DNA of 64,000 nt from the NCBI GenBank assembly GCA_023229115.1, contig JALNZW010000007.1, positions 1,423 to 65,422 on the forward strand. Direction: 5' to 3'. Shown one piece after another: positions 54,383 through 63,706 of the stretch (the first letter of the stretch is position 1; each line of letters opens with the position of its first letter). This DNA is from Patescibacteria group bacterium. GTDB lineage: Bacteria > Patescibacteriota > Patescibacteriia > Patescibacteriales > UBA12465. The translations under genes were made by a program, and so were the position numbers. A model generated the notes under the pieces. That model had not been told where the DNA came from. It saw only the letters and a list, made by a program, of their open reading frames with translations, and searched no databases.

Positions 54383-55906
54383 CTAAGCAAATATTATATT
54401 TTCTTTTCTAAAACCAGTGCTTAAAATTTTAATGCTAGCCCCGGTTTCTTTAGAAATGAAATCTAAATAATTGATTAAATTTTCGGGTAAATCAGATATT
54501 TTTTTACAATCTCCAATATCAGATTTCCAACCAGGAAGATCAACATAAATAGGTTTACAATTTTTAATTACATCGTAATCCATGACAGTTTCACGAAAGA
54601 TAGTGCCAGGAATTAAGGTTTTATTTCCATAGTTATATTGAGGTCCAGAATATTGATAAGCATTACAAACTCTAATATAATCACAATCATTTAGAACATC
54701 CAATTTAGTTACAACTAAATCTTTTATTCCAAAATTCATAGCATACCTCAAAAGCGGTAAATCTAGCCAACCAACTCTCCTAGGACGACCTGTCGTGGCT
54801 CCATATTCATCGCCTATAGATCTCAATTTCATGCCAAACATAAAATCTTTACTGGGAATATTGCCTTGATCAAATTTAGTCTCGCCTTTTAGTATGGACA
54901 ATTCTTTCTCACGATCAATAGAAGAATTGTTACACCAATTTTCAGAGAATTCACCACCAAGCTCAGTTGGAAAAGGACCGTTTCCAACCCTGGTTACGTA
55001 AGCCTTAATAATCCCTAAAGATAAATCAACCTGACTATAATTCAAGCCAATACCCTCAGCCGATCCATAAGGAGAACAATCGGAACTAGTCACATAAGGA
55101 TAGGTTCCATATTTATTACTCAAACCAAGACCCTGGGCACCTTCTATTGCTATTTTTTTATGACCAACACTTTGTCTGATAAATTTATCAGTATCACAAA
55201 TTAAATCTTTTAACTCTTGACCATAAAAATAATATTTTTCAATAATGGCATCTAAATTAAAAAGATTTTTTTCATCCCAGTAAAGACTATTTTCTAGTCT
55301 CATTGAATCTAAGAGAGCTCTAACTAATTGAGAATCATGAGAATTAAAGAAAAATTTTTTTGTTTCATAATTTTTCTTTATTTTCCTGGCTAAAGAATCC
55401 TTGTTTAATAAATCATTAACAAACAAACCAGAGCGATTAATTCGATCAGCATAAGCCCATGCTATCCCCCGACCAGTAGTCCCTATCTTATTCTCACCAG
55501 CAGAAATCTCTGATAAGTTATCCTGAACGATATGAAAAGGCAAAATTAAGGCCGCATTTAGGGCTAGCATTAAATTCTGATGATTAATGCTATGAACTTT
55601 AGCCATCCCTATTTCATCAGTAAGAGATTTAGGATTAATAACCATCCCATTTCCCATAAGGTTTGTTTTACTAGGATCACCACAAGGTATTAAATGAGAT
55701 ACATACTTGTTATTGCCATACCAAACAGTATGACCAGCATTATCACCGCCAGTTCCTCGAGCTACTATATCAGCCCAATCAGAAAAAAGATCAACTATCT
55801 TGCCTTTGCCAGTGTCTCCCCACTGAAGACAATTAATGGCTACAGTTTTAACATCTTTACTAACTAGATCTAACTGCATTAAATTAAAATCTACATTTTC
55901 GTCCAT
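54383..55906 (-). CDS. purA: Adenylosuccinate synthetase (long form)
   Basis: QWGDTGKGKIVD, GTTGRGIAWAY, GATTGRPRRVGWLD. Length is 507 aa versus about 430 aa typically. Confidence 0.95.
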   Translation of the reverse strand: MDENVDFNLMQLDLVSKDVKTVAINCLQWGDTGKGKIVDLFSDWADIVARGTGGDNAGHTVWYGNNKYVSHLIPCGDPSKTNLMGNGMVINPKSLTDEIGMAKVHSINHQNLMLALNAALILPFHIVQDNLSEISAGENKIGTTGRGIAWAYADRINRSGLFVNDLLNKDSLARKIKKNYETKKFFFNSHDSQLVRALLDSMRLENSLYWDEKNLFNLDAIIEKYYFYGQELKDLICDTDKFIRQSVGHKKIAIEGAQGLGLSNKYGTYPYVTSSDCSPYGSAEGIGLNYSQVDLSLGIIKAYVTRVGNGPFPTELGGEFSENWCNNSSIDREKELSILKGETKFDQGNIPSKDFMFGMKLRSIGDEYGATTGRPRRVGWLDLPLLRYAMNFGIKDLVVTKLDVLNDCDYIRVCNAYQYSGPQYNYGNKTLIPGTIFRETVMDYDVIKNCKPIYVDLPGWKSDIGDCKKISDLPENLINYLDFISKETGASIKILSTGFRKENIIFA

Positions 55907-56044
55907 AATCTATGATTTTTGGTGTTTAATTACTATTTTTAAAGAACAAACAAGCATAACATTTAAATATTTTTTTGACAAGAATAAAAAAAATAAGACC
56001 TTTAAACAAGCCTTATTTTCTATTTTTAAACATTATTTTTTTTA

Positions 56045-57856
56045 CTAACTATTCTCTTCAATTATTTTTTTATTGATTGACTTTATGTTTAATTCTTCTA
56101 ATTGCTTTTCCTTAATTGTACAAGGAGACCCACTCATTAAATCCTTACCCTTGCTGTCCTTAGGGAAGGCATAAATATCTCTAATTGAATTCCAGTCATT
56201 TAAAACCATAACAATCCTATCTAATCCGGGAGCATTCCCTCCATGAGGCGGGGCCCCATACGAAAAAGCATTAATCATGGCTGAAAAATTTTGATCAACC
56301 TCCTCTTTAGAATAACCAGCAACTTCAAAAGCTTTATACATAACCTCCGGATTATGATTTCTAATTGCACCTGAAGAAACTTCAAAACCATTAAAAACTA
56401 AATCGAATTGATTAGCCAAGATAGACAAGGGATCTTTGTTTAATAAAGAGTCCATACCGCCTTGAGGCATAGAAAAAGGATTGTGAGCAAAGTCAATTCT
56501 TCCCTCCTCTATTTCCGAATATTCATACATTGGAAAATCAACTATCCAAGCGAGCGCAGCCAAATTATTATCCTTAAGGCTCATTTTTTCAGCTAAATAA
56601 TTTCTCAAATAGCCTAAAGCCAAGCAAACAGTTCGCCACTCATCAGCAGCTATAAAAACAAGATCACCTTGTTCAACTTTAGTTTTTTTAATAATTTCAG
56701 AAATTAATTCTTCTCCTAAAAATTTAAGCAAAGAAGATTGAAATTTGCCATCCTTCAAAACAATATATGATAAACCTTTTAATCCTTTTTTCTTAGCCTC
56801 TTCAATAATTACATCAATTTCTTTCCTACTTAAATTAGCTCCGCCCTTCAGAGGTAGGGCCTTTACGAATCCACCATTTTTAAGTTGATCAGTAAAAATT
56901 GGAAAATCACTATTGGCCACTAATTCTGAAATGTCTATCAACTCCATCTCAAAACGTAAATCTGGCTTATCAGATCCAAATCTATCCATAGAATCTTTCC
57001 AAGAGATCTGCTGAAAACGACCATCCGATAAAAGACCAATCATTTTTTTATTGCTAAATTTCTCTACTAATTCCTTCATTAATGGCTCCATGGTTTTAAA
57101 GATATCGTCTTGCTCAACAAAACTCATTTCCATATCAATCTGATAAAACTCACCATAATGACGATCCATACGAGGGTCTTCATCTCTAAAGCAAGGAGCA
57201 ATTTGAAAATATTTATCAACACCACCAACCATTAAAAGTTGTTTAAATTGTTGTGGCGCTTGAGGCAGGGCATAAAATTTGCCAGGATAAATACGTGATG
57301 GAATTAAGAAATCACGAGCACCTTCAGGAGATGAATTAGCTAAAATTGGAGTTTGAATTTCAGTAAAATCAAGTTTATGAAAATAAGATCGAACATGTTT
57401 AATAATTTCATCTTTAGTTTTTAACATTTCTTGAATTTTTGATCTACGCAAATCAAGAAAACGATATTTTAAACGCAAAGCTTCATTAACTTCGCCCGCT
57501 TTATCCTCGTTTAATTCAAACGGAAGGCTTAAACTTTTATTTAAAACAGAAATATTTAAGATTTCCACTTCAATCTCTCCTGTCTTTATTTTTTGATTTT
57601 TATTAGAATCATCACGAGCCACAATTAATCCCTCAGCCTGTAATACCCATTCATTTTTTACATCCTTTAAAATAGCAGAAATTTTAGGATCACCAATATT
57701 ACTATCAAATTTAATTTGAGTCATTCCGTATTTATCACGCAAATCTATAAAAATCAAACCACCCAAATCACGATAACTATTCACCCAACCAGATAAAACA
57801 ACTTTTTCACCTAAATTTTTAGAATTAAGTTCTCCACAAGTATGTGTTCGTAACAT
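56045..57856 (-). CDS. aspS: Aspartyl-tRNA synthetase (bacterial type with GAD insertion)
   Basis: LRTHTCGEL, FIDLRD, QSPQ-like LPQAPQQFKQLLM, FRDEDPRMDR, GGNAPGLDR. Confidence 0.95.
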   Translation of the reverse strand: MLRTHTCGELNSKNLGEKVVLSGWVNSYRDLGGLIFIDLRDKYGMTQIKFDSNIGDPKISAILKDVKNEWVLQAEGLIVARDDSNKNQKIKTGEIEVEILNISVLNKSLSLPFELNEDKAGEVNEALRLKYRFLDLRRSKIQEMLKTKDEIIKHVRSYFHKLDFTEIQTPILANSSPEGARDFLIPSRIYPGKFYALPQAPQQFKQLLMVGGVDKYFQIAPCFRDEDPRMDRHYGEFYQIDMEMSFVEQDDIFKTMEPLMKELVEKFSNKKMIGLLSDGRFQQISWKDSMDRFGSDKPDLRFEMELIDISELVANSDFPIFTDQLKNGGFVKALPLKGGANLSRKEIDVIIEEAKKKGLKGLSYIVLKDGKFQSSLLKFLGEELISEIIKKTKVEQGDLVFIAADEWRTVCLALGYLRNYLAEKMSLKDNNLAALAWIVDFPMYEYSEIEEGRIDFAHNPFSMPQGGMDSLLNKDPLSILANQFDLVFNGFEVSSGAIRNHNPEVMYKAFEVAGYSKEEVDQNFSAMINAFSYGAPPHGGNAPGLDRIVMVLNDWNSIRDIYAFPKDSKGKDLMSGSPCTIKEKQLEELNIKSINKKIIEENS

Positions 57857-57987
57857 AATTTTATATAGAAATTATTATTAATTACCCCTTAAATATAGCT
57901 TAATTATTAAAAAAAGTAAACCATAAATTTACTTAATCTTTTTTTTAATGTATATTAGTTAAATAATACATAATTAAATTTAAACTT

Positions 57988-58338
57988 ATGGCTGATGTCC
58001 AACAAATATTTAACAAAATCAAAGAAAGACAAAAAGAACAAAAAACCCTTAAACAAATATACAAAGATGTTTTAGCTAATTCCCAAGAATACCAAGATAT
58101 TTTAGAAGAATTAGACACACTAAAAGCTAAAAAGAAAAAAGTAGAAGAAGTTCTTAAGAGTGAATTAAGATCGGAAATTGATCAGTTAAACTCTATTAAA
58201 GTTGACATTGACTCTGAAAAAGAAATACTAAGCCAAGCAACTCTAACTAAAATATTAAAAGGTGAGCCCATAGAATTAATCGATGAAAATAACAATAAAT
58301 ACGAGCCAATTTTTAGTGTTCGTTTTAGAAAATACTAA
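57988..58338 (+). CDS. Hypothetical coiled-coil protein
   Basis: 116-aa K/E/Q-rich ORF; no family. Confidence 0.45.
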   Translation: MADVQQIFNKIKERQKEQKTLKQIYKDVLANSQEYQDILEELDTLKAKKKKVEEVLKSELRSEIDQLNSIKVDIDSEKEILSQATLTKILKGEPIELIDENNNKYEPIFSVRFRKY

Positions 58339-58410
58339 ATAATTTGCTGTAAAAAAGGAAATATTATAAAATATTAATGCAAATTAATATTAAAAAATAA
58401 TATTCAAAAA

Positions 58411-59115
58411 ATGAATTTCAAAGAAGTTACAAAATTTAAAGAGGTTATAAAATTTAAAAACGGACATGATGAAAATAAAAAAGTTTTTATAAGCAGTATT
58501 ATAAATTCTAGCACACCCAATTTTGATTTTTATATAATGGTTATCTTGGCCTCTCTTATAACTTCCCTAGGCATAATTGCAGACAACCTACCATTAGTTA
58601 TAGCCGGAATGATAGTTGCCCCCCTTCTTTCTCCAATATTAGCCATGTCTTTGGGTTTCACGATTTTTAAACCTAAACTAATATGGCGATCAATAAAAAT
58701 AATGTTATTGTCAATAATATTATCTATTTCTATTTCAACCTTAGTTGGTTTGTTATTTAAAATAGAAAACCACCAATTAGCACTGGTTGATAAAATGAAT
58801 ATTTCTTGGCTAACCTTTTCAATTGCCTTAGCAGCTGGCATAACAGCTAGTTACGCTTGGACAAGAGTAAATTCTAAAGATTATTTATCGGGCATTGCTA
58901 TTGCAGTCACCATCATTCCCCCACTAACAGCTACTGGATTAAGTATCTCTTGTTTGGACATTGCTTTATTTGAAAAAGTCTTTAGTTTTTTTCTAATGAA
59001 CCTAATAGGAATATTTTTAGGAGGAATTGTTGTTTTCCCTTTAATGAATTTCTATAAAGTAAAAAAAGTAGTTGATAAAGAAATTAAGAAAGAAGAGCTT
59101 CACATAAATTCATAA
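58411..59115 (+). CDS. DUF389-family integral membrane protein
   Basis: LVIAGMIVAPLLSPILAMSLG and a repeated 2x3-TM layout. Confidence 0.65.
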   Translation: MNFKEVTKFKEVIKFKNGHDENKKVFISSIINSSTPNFDFYIMVILASLITSLGIIADNLPLVIAGMIVAPLLSPILAMSLGFTIFKPKLIWRSIKIMLLSIILSISISTLVGLLFKIENHQLALVDKMNISWLTFSIALAAGITASYAWTRVNSKDYLSGIAIAVTIIPPLTATGLSISCLDIALFEKVFSFFLMNLIGIFLGGIVVFPLMNFYKVKKVVDKEIKKEELHINS

Positions 59116-59119
59116 AAAT

Positions 59120-59608
59120 ATGAGAGTGCCCACCAGAAAGAGTGATAAAATCCCTGGAGAAAAAATAGATGCTAGAATAACATTAGAAAAATACCAGGCT
59201 CTACAAAAAACATTAAAAAAATTAAAAGAAGAAAATAGACCAGTAGAATCAGAAGAAGTTAAAATATTATCAACAACTGGGGATTATTCAGAAAATGCTG
59301 GTTATCAAGCAGCCAAAGCCAAGCTAAGAAGAACGAATAATAAAATAAGCAAAATAGAGTATATCTTAAATAGAGCGGAAATAATTGAAACCAACAAAAA
59401 AAGAGATGAGATAGAAATAGGTAGTTCAGTTGAACTAGAAGTAGAGGGTACAATTAAAAAATATCAAATATTAGGTTCGTCAGAAACTAATCCCAGCCAA
59501 GGTAAAATATCTTATAGTTCACCGCTAGGCTCTATTTTATTAAATAAAAAAGTCGGAGACACTATAATATTAAAAAATAAAAAATATACAATTAAAAAAA
59601 TAAGTTAA
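59120..59608 (+). CDS. GreA/GreB-family transcription factor, second paralog
   Basis: TGDYSENAGYQAAKAKL motif and C-terminal ...ISYSSPLGSILLNKKVGD (Gre C-domain). Confidence 0.85.
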   Translation: MRVPTRKSDKIPGEKIDARITLEKYQALQKTLKKLKEENRPVESEEVKILSTTGDYSENAGYQAAKAKLRRTNNKISKIEYILNRAEIIETNKKRDEIEIGSSVELEVEGTIKKYQILGSSETNPSQGKISYSSPLGSILLNKKVGDTIILKNKKYTIKKIS

Positions 59609-59622
59609 TAGTTTTGAAAAAA

Positions 59623-60192
59623 TTATTTTAATTCATTAAAAGAAAAATTTTTCAATTTTTTTCTCCTTTCTTTAAAATCCGGACAAGCAATAGCTACTAA
59701 GTTCCAAAATTTTGGAGAATGATTAAACTCCTTTAAGTGACAAAGTTCATGTATAATAATATAGTCAGCCAAATCAAGTGGCAAAAAAATAATTTTATAA
59801 TTAAAATTTAAACTAGCTTTTTTAGAACAACTTCCCCAGCGAGTTTTTTGATTTCTAATGCTTATTTTATTAAATTTAAATTTATAAAACCTATTTAACA
59901 TCTCAACTCTCTCTCTAACAAAATTTAGAGATTTTTTTTTATTTTTTTGATATTCTTGATTGTTTTCTGAATTTAATTTTATAAAATCCTCTTTAACAAA
60001 ATTTTTAAATTTATCTAGAATCCAATCACTTTTTTTAAACAAAAAATCCTTCACCATTCTTTTGCTCACAAACCAGGGTTTAGAAACTCTAAAGCTGCCA
60101 TCGCGACTAATACTAAGACGAATTACTCCTTTTTTAGACTTAGTAATCTTGTAAGAAAAATCCTGATTAGCTATTTTTATAATATTATTCAT
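59623..60192 (-). CDS. YgjP/DUF45-type (M48-like) zinc metallopeptidase
   Basis: RWGSCS...IIIHELCHLKEFNHSPKFW (HExxH in the DUF45 context). Confidence 0.85.
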   Translation of the reverse strand: MNNIIKIANQDFSYKITKSKKGVIRLSISRDGSFRVSKPWFVSKRMVKDFLFKKSDWILDKFKNFVKEDFIKLNSENNQEYQKNKKKSLNFVRERVEMLNRFYKFKFNKISIRNQKTRWGSCSKKASLNFNYKIIFLPLDLADYIIIHELCHLKEFNHSPKFWNLVAIACPDFKERRKKLKNFSFNELK

Positions 60193-60295
60193 AAAATAAT
60201 AATAAACTATTTTTAAATATCAAGCAAAGTTATGTTCAAGCCATGGAACATAATTGACAGTTAATTAAAAAAATGATATAATAACAGGTTGTACT

Positions 60296-60892
60296 TTGAA
60301 AATTTTTAACTTAAAACAATATATCATGAAAGCTTTAGCATTTATTAGATGTTTGTTTGGGAAAAGTCCCAAAAGAATAATCAAGAAAAATTTGAAATGG
60401 ATAAGTGAGCTCAAACTGGATTTGCTCAAAATTATCGCGATGGAAAGTAACCAAGTAAGGGCCATCGTCTGCTTGTTTCGTTCAATTTCGCCCATTCAAG
60501 ATCAAGGAGGATTTAATAATTTAATAAAATCCTTGCAGAAGAAAAACTATGGACAGTTAGATGAACTAATTGAGTCATTGGAAACTTTGCAAATTCACAT
60601 TAATAGAGTCGGAAGAGATAAGCATGGAATGAATCGAACTAGCCCAGGCCAAGAAGTTACACCTGAAAACGTTTTCTTAGGTGATGTTTACGGATTGCTA
60701 ACCAAACCAGCCTCTTTCTGGTTGGAAAGACAAGAAGTTATGAAAAAAGAATCACGGCCAGATCTTGAACAAAGTGAAAGAAGAAAAATAACTAACTGGG
60801 ATTGTATTAATTCTCAGGCTGGCAACTTCGTAAAGTCACACACCATCCCAATGATTGAAGAAATTGAAAAAATTGAAGCTTATATAGCTTAA
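60296..60892 (+). CDS. Hypothetical protein
   Basis: 198-aa ORF (an ATG start at MKALAF, 60326, is plausible). No family recognised. Confidence 0.45.
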   Translation: MKIFNLKQYIMKALAFIRCLFGKSPKRIIKKNLKWISELKLDLLKIIAMESNQVRAIVCLFRSISPIQDQGGFNNLIKSLQKKNYGQLDELIESLETLQIHINRVGRDKHGMNRTSPGQEVTPENVFLGDVYGLLTKPASFWLERQEVMKKESRPDLEQSERRKITNWDCINSQAGNFVKSHTIPMIEEIEKIEAYIA

Positions 60893-60927
60893 AACATCAA
60901 TTAAAGCTTAGATTGCCTAAAACATTA

Positions 60928-60956
60928 AAGGAGATCCAAATGATCTCCTTTTTTCT
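60928..60956 (+). terminator. Intrinsic terminator after 60296..60892
   Basis: AAGGAGATC-CAAAT-GATCTCCTT followed by TTTTT. Confidence 0.7.
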
Positions 60957-60972
60957 TTATTATAAATATTTT

Positions 60973-61539
60973 TTATAGAACCCCTCTTTTCTTTAATTCA
61001 AAGAAAGATTTATAACAAGCGATTACATCGGCCAAAGCATTATGAGCATTATCAAAATATTCATCAAATAATTTAAAATATAAATCTGATAATTTAGGAA
61101 ATTTTTTATTAGGCAAAGCACAAAAACCAACACTACCCTTCATTGTGCAAATAGAATTTAGATTTAAAAAAATACTAGCCATATTCATTCTTAAAAATTC
61201 AGCTGCCACAATATTTTTATCGAACATAATATTGTGAGCAACAAGACTAGTATTTTCAGTATTCAAAGTATAATTAAAAACATCCAAAACATCTCTCAAA
61301 CTCTTACCATTGGCTTGAGCTTTAATATTGTCAATACCATGAATAGCTGAAGATTCAGGCGGAATTATAAAACCATTAGGCTGTATAATATATTCCTCTT
61401 GAGACATAACATTACCCAAATCATCACTTAAAAGCCAAGCAATTTGTACCATTCTGGGCCAATTATCTAAATCTGATATAGGAGCATTAAATTTTTTAGG
61501 TAAACCAGTGGTTTCCGTGTCAAAAAATAAATAAGACAT
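60973..61539 (-). CDS. DEDDh 3'-5' exonuclease (DnaQ/epsilon-like domain)
   Basis: Exo I FFDTETTGL, Exo II AHNIMFDKNIV, Exo III HNALADV. Confidence 0.9.
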   Translation of the reverse strand: MSYLFFDTETTGLPKKFNAPISDLDNWPRMVQIAWLLSDDLGNVMSQEEYIIQPNGFIIPPESSAIHGIDNIKAQANGKSLRDVLDVFNYTLNTENTSLVAHNIMFDKNIVAAEFLRMNMASIFLNLNSICTMKGSVGFCALPNKKFPKLSDLYFKLFDEYFDNAHNALADVIACYKSFFELKKRGVL

Positions 61540-61576
61540 ATTTTAAATTTATCACAAGAAAATCTTTAAATCAAAT

Positions 61577-61604
61577 AAAAAGGCCTTGAAAAAAAACAAG
61601 GCCT
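61577..61604 (-). terminator. Intrinsic terminator after small ORF 61645..61815
   Basis: AGGCCTTG-A8-CAAGGCCT hairpin with a minus-strand U-run. Confidence 0.6.
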
Positions 61605-61644
61605 AGAGATAAAAAGGATTAATAAAACTTAATTTTTACAAATG

Positions 61645-61815
61645 TTATACTTTTCTGTTGAAAATTTTAAAAACATTTTTAGAAAACTGCCTATTTCTCA
61701 AATAACGACCGTTGCTCAAATAAGCGGTTATAGGTGCCTTTTCAACTCTTAATTTGTTGATACAAACTCCGGGAATAAAATTTATTCCAGAAAGAAAAGA
61801 ATTAAGTTTTCTCAT
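61645..61815 (-). CDS. Possible 56-aa basic protein (below ORF-track cutoff) with strong Shine-Dalgarno
   Basis: AAGGAGG lies 8 nt upstream of the ATG. Manual translation gives MRKLNSFLSGINFIPGVCINKLRVEKAPITAYLSNGRYLRNRQFSKNVFKIFNRKV*. A terminator follows. Confidence 0.4.
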   Translation of the reverse strand: MRKLNSFLSGINFIPGVCINKLRVEKAPITAYLSNGRYLRNRQFSKNVFKIFNRKV

Positions 61816-61846
61816 AATCAAATCCTCCTTAAAAAATTAATTTAAT

Positions 61847-62503
61847 TTAAAAAGATTTCAGCAATCTTTCCCTAATTTCAAACATTAATTTGCTATACTT
61901 TAAAGAGGGTGGTCTTAACTTAACAGCTGAATCCCAATTATCTTCAACAAATTTAACCGCCTCTTTTAACTTAGCGTTATTAGACTTTTGAGCAATTTTT
62001 TTAATTTTATGCAATTCCTTTATGGAATTATCATTAAAACCCGATAAACAAGAATAAAGAAATCGAAGAGAATATTCGCTCAGATTAACATCAAATATCT
62101 TTTTGTTTCTTGCCTTCCCTTCGGGTTTTAAAATTGACACCGCCTCAACAATTGCTCTAGTTTTGTAACATTTACTATCAGCACCACAAGCTAAAAGCTC
62201 TTCATTGTAGTTATCAAAACTAGAAATAGCTAAAATTGGACCCTCAAAAGAACCCCTGACATCAGATATTAAATTTAAAGTATCAGGTCGGTCAACATCA
62301 CTCAAGAAAGCATCAGATAAGATTATGTCAGGTGAAAGAGTAGCATCAATAATTCTTCTGACAATTAGTTCAGCATCATTTAAGTTAGAGGCAACAATAA
62401 TTTCAACCCCTTCTCTAAAATGAGATTTTAATTCTTCAGAAAACTGTTTAATATAAACAGTATTTCCTTCAAAAATAACAACTGTTCTTATTTCTCTTTC
62501 CAT
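61847..62503 (-). CDS. Receiver-like (CheY-fold?) domain protein with helical C-terminal extension, tentative
   Basis: A beta-alpha pattern (TVVIFEGN...IIVASNL...PDIILSDAFLSDV...ILAISSF...) resembles a receiver domain. The canonical DD/K motifs are not clear. Confidence 0.3.
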   Translation of the reverse strand: MEREIRTVVIFEGNTVYIKQFSEELKSHFREGVEIIVASNLNDAELIVRRIIDATLSPDIILSDAFLSDVDRPDTLNLISDVRGSFEGPILAISSFDNYNEELLACGADSKCYKTRAIVEAVSILKPEGKARNKKIFDVNLSEYSLRFLYSCLSGFNDNSIKELHKIKKIAQKSNNAKLKEAVKFVEDNWDSAVKLRPPSLKYSKLMFEIRERLLKSF

Positions 62504-62605
62504 TATAAAATTTTTAGATTTAAACTAATTAAATTTTCTAAGCATTTAAATTGTTAAAAAGCTATTCGTCTTTCTATATTTAATCAAAATAAATGTTTTG
62601 TCAAA

Positions 62606-62629
62606 TAAAAAAGCGCTTTGAAAGCGCTT
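62606..62629 (-). terminator. Intrinsic terminator overlapping the stop of 62628..63134
   Basis: AAGCGC-TTTGAAA-GCGCTT with a minus-strand U-run. Confidence 0.6.
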
Positions 62630-63134
62630 ATTTGATGGTTAACATAAAAATAATCACCAAATGATTAAACCACATTATTAAAAAATGTCTAGGTTTTAAC
62701 ATCCAGGCATTAGTTAGCCCTATGTCCCAAGATTTTTTAAATGGATAAAATGGTTTAGGTCTTAATTCCTCTTCCTTGTATTTATGAAGAAGGAGGTCGT
62801 AAAAAAGGTGCAAACCCCAGCCCAAGCTTAAAAATAAAAAAATATTACTAAATAAAAAACCGACAATCAATAATGCAAGCAAAAAAATAAAGCTATGAAA
62901 AAATAAATAGCTTTTTATTTTTGGCTTAACAATTGATCCATATTTAGTAAAATCATCTAAATTTAACTTAAAAACAGATTTTTTAGCTTTTTTAGCTATT
63001 AAAAAATAAGCTTTAGAAAAAGAAATGTCTGGTAAAACAGAACCGAGTACAATAATTGCTTTTTGTTCGGGCGTTGTCTCCGGCATTAAACTAGCTAACA
63101 TTACTCCCGATAAGGCGTGCGTAACAATATCCAT
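62628..63134 (-). CDS. YdjM/DUF457-type membrane-bound metal-dependent hydrolase
   Basis: N-terminal MDIVTHALSG signature, hydrophobic helices and His-rich C-terminal half. Confidence 0.65.
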   Translation of the reverse strand: MDIVTHALSGVMLASLMPETTPEQKAIIVLGSVLPDISFSKAYFLIAKKAKKSVFKLNLDDFTKYGSIVKPKIKSYLFFHSFIFLLALLIVGFLFSNIFLFLSLGWGLHLFYDLLLHKYKEEELRPKPFYPFKKSWDIGLTNAWMLKPRHFLIMWFNHLVIIFMLTIK

Positions 63135-63222
63135 GATTTTTCTTTTTTAAATTTTTTAAATTAAAGAACGATTGATAGTATAACAAAAATAAAAAATAAA
63201 AACAAAACAAAACTTAAAATCA

Positions 63223-63621
63223 TTATTTCAAACAAGAGTTAGCAGAAATTATCTCTCCTGCTGTTGGTGAAGAGCCACCAATAATCTCACTGGCCCTTTC
63301 TTGTCCTAATTTTTCTATAAAACATTTTTGCATTTCCGGTGTAATTTCTGATGGTAATTTTGAAGTATCAACCCCAACTGATTCTAACATCACTTCTTGC
63401 TCTGAATTTAGCAAAGGATTTCTGTCAATATTAGGATCAACTGATTCTCTTTGAAAAATCAAATTTTTAGTCGTAGAAAATAATGATTGATCTTCTGGAA
63501 TAAAGGTTTTTAAATTAAAAGGATCAAACACAAAAAAATAAATAACCCCTAAAATTAAAATAAAAAATATCACTCCCAAAAAAACAAAAAAAACATTTAA
63601 AATCTTTAATAATAGTTTCAT
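63223..63621 (-). CDS. Hypothetical membrane-anchored protein
   Basis: 132 aa with an N-terminal TM helix. The soluble C-terminal domain has 2 Cys. Confidence 0.45.
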   Translation of the reverse strand: MKLLLKILNVFFVFLGVIFFILILGVIYFFVFDPFNLKTFIPEDQSLFSTTKNLIFQRESVDPNIDRNPLLNSEQEVMLESVGVDTSKLPSEITPEMQKCFIEKLGQERASEIIGGSSPTAGEIISANSCLK

Positions 63622-63676
63622 ATTTTTTAATTTATTTATAAAATAATTATAACACTAAAAAACTTTAAATTCAAAT

Positions 63677-63700
63677 AAAAAAAGGGACTAATTGTCCCTT
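63677..63700 (-). terminator. Intrinsic terminator after ndk
   Basis: AAGGGAC-TAATT-GTCCCTT with a minus-strand U-run. Confidence 0.7.
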
Positions 63701-63706
63701 GTAAAT

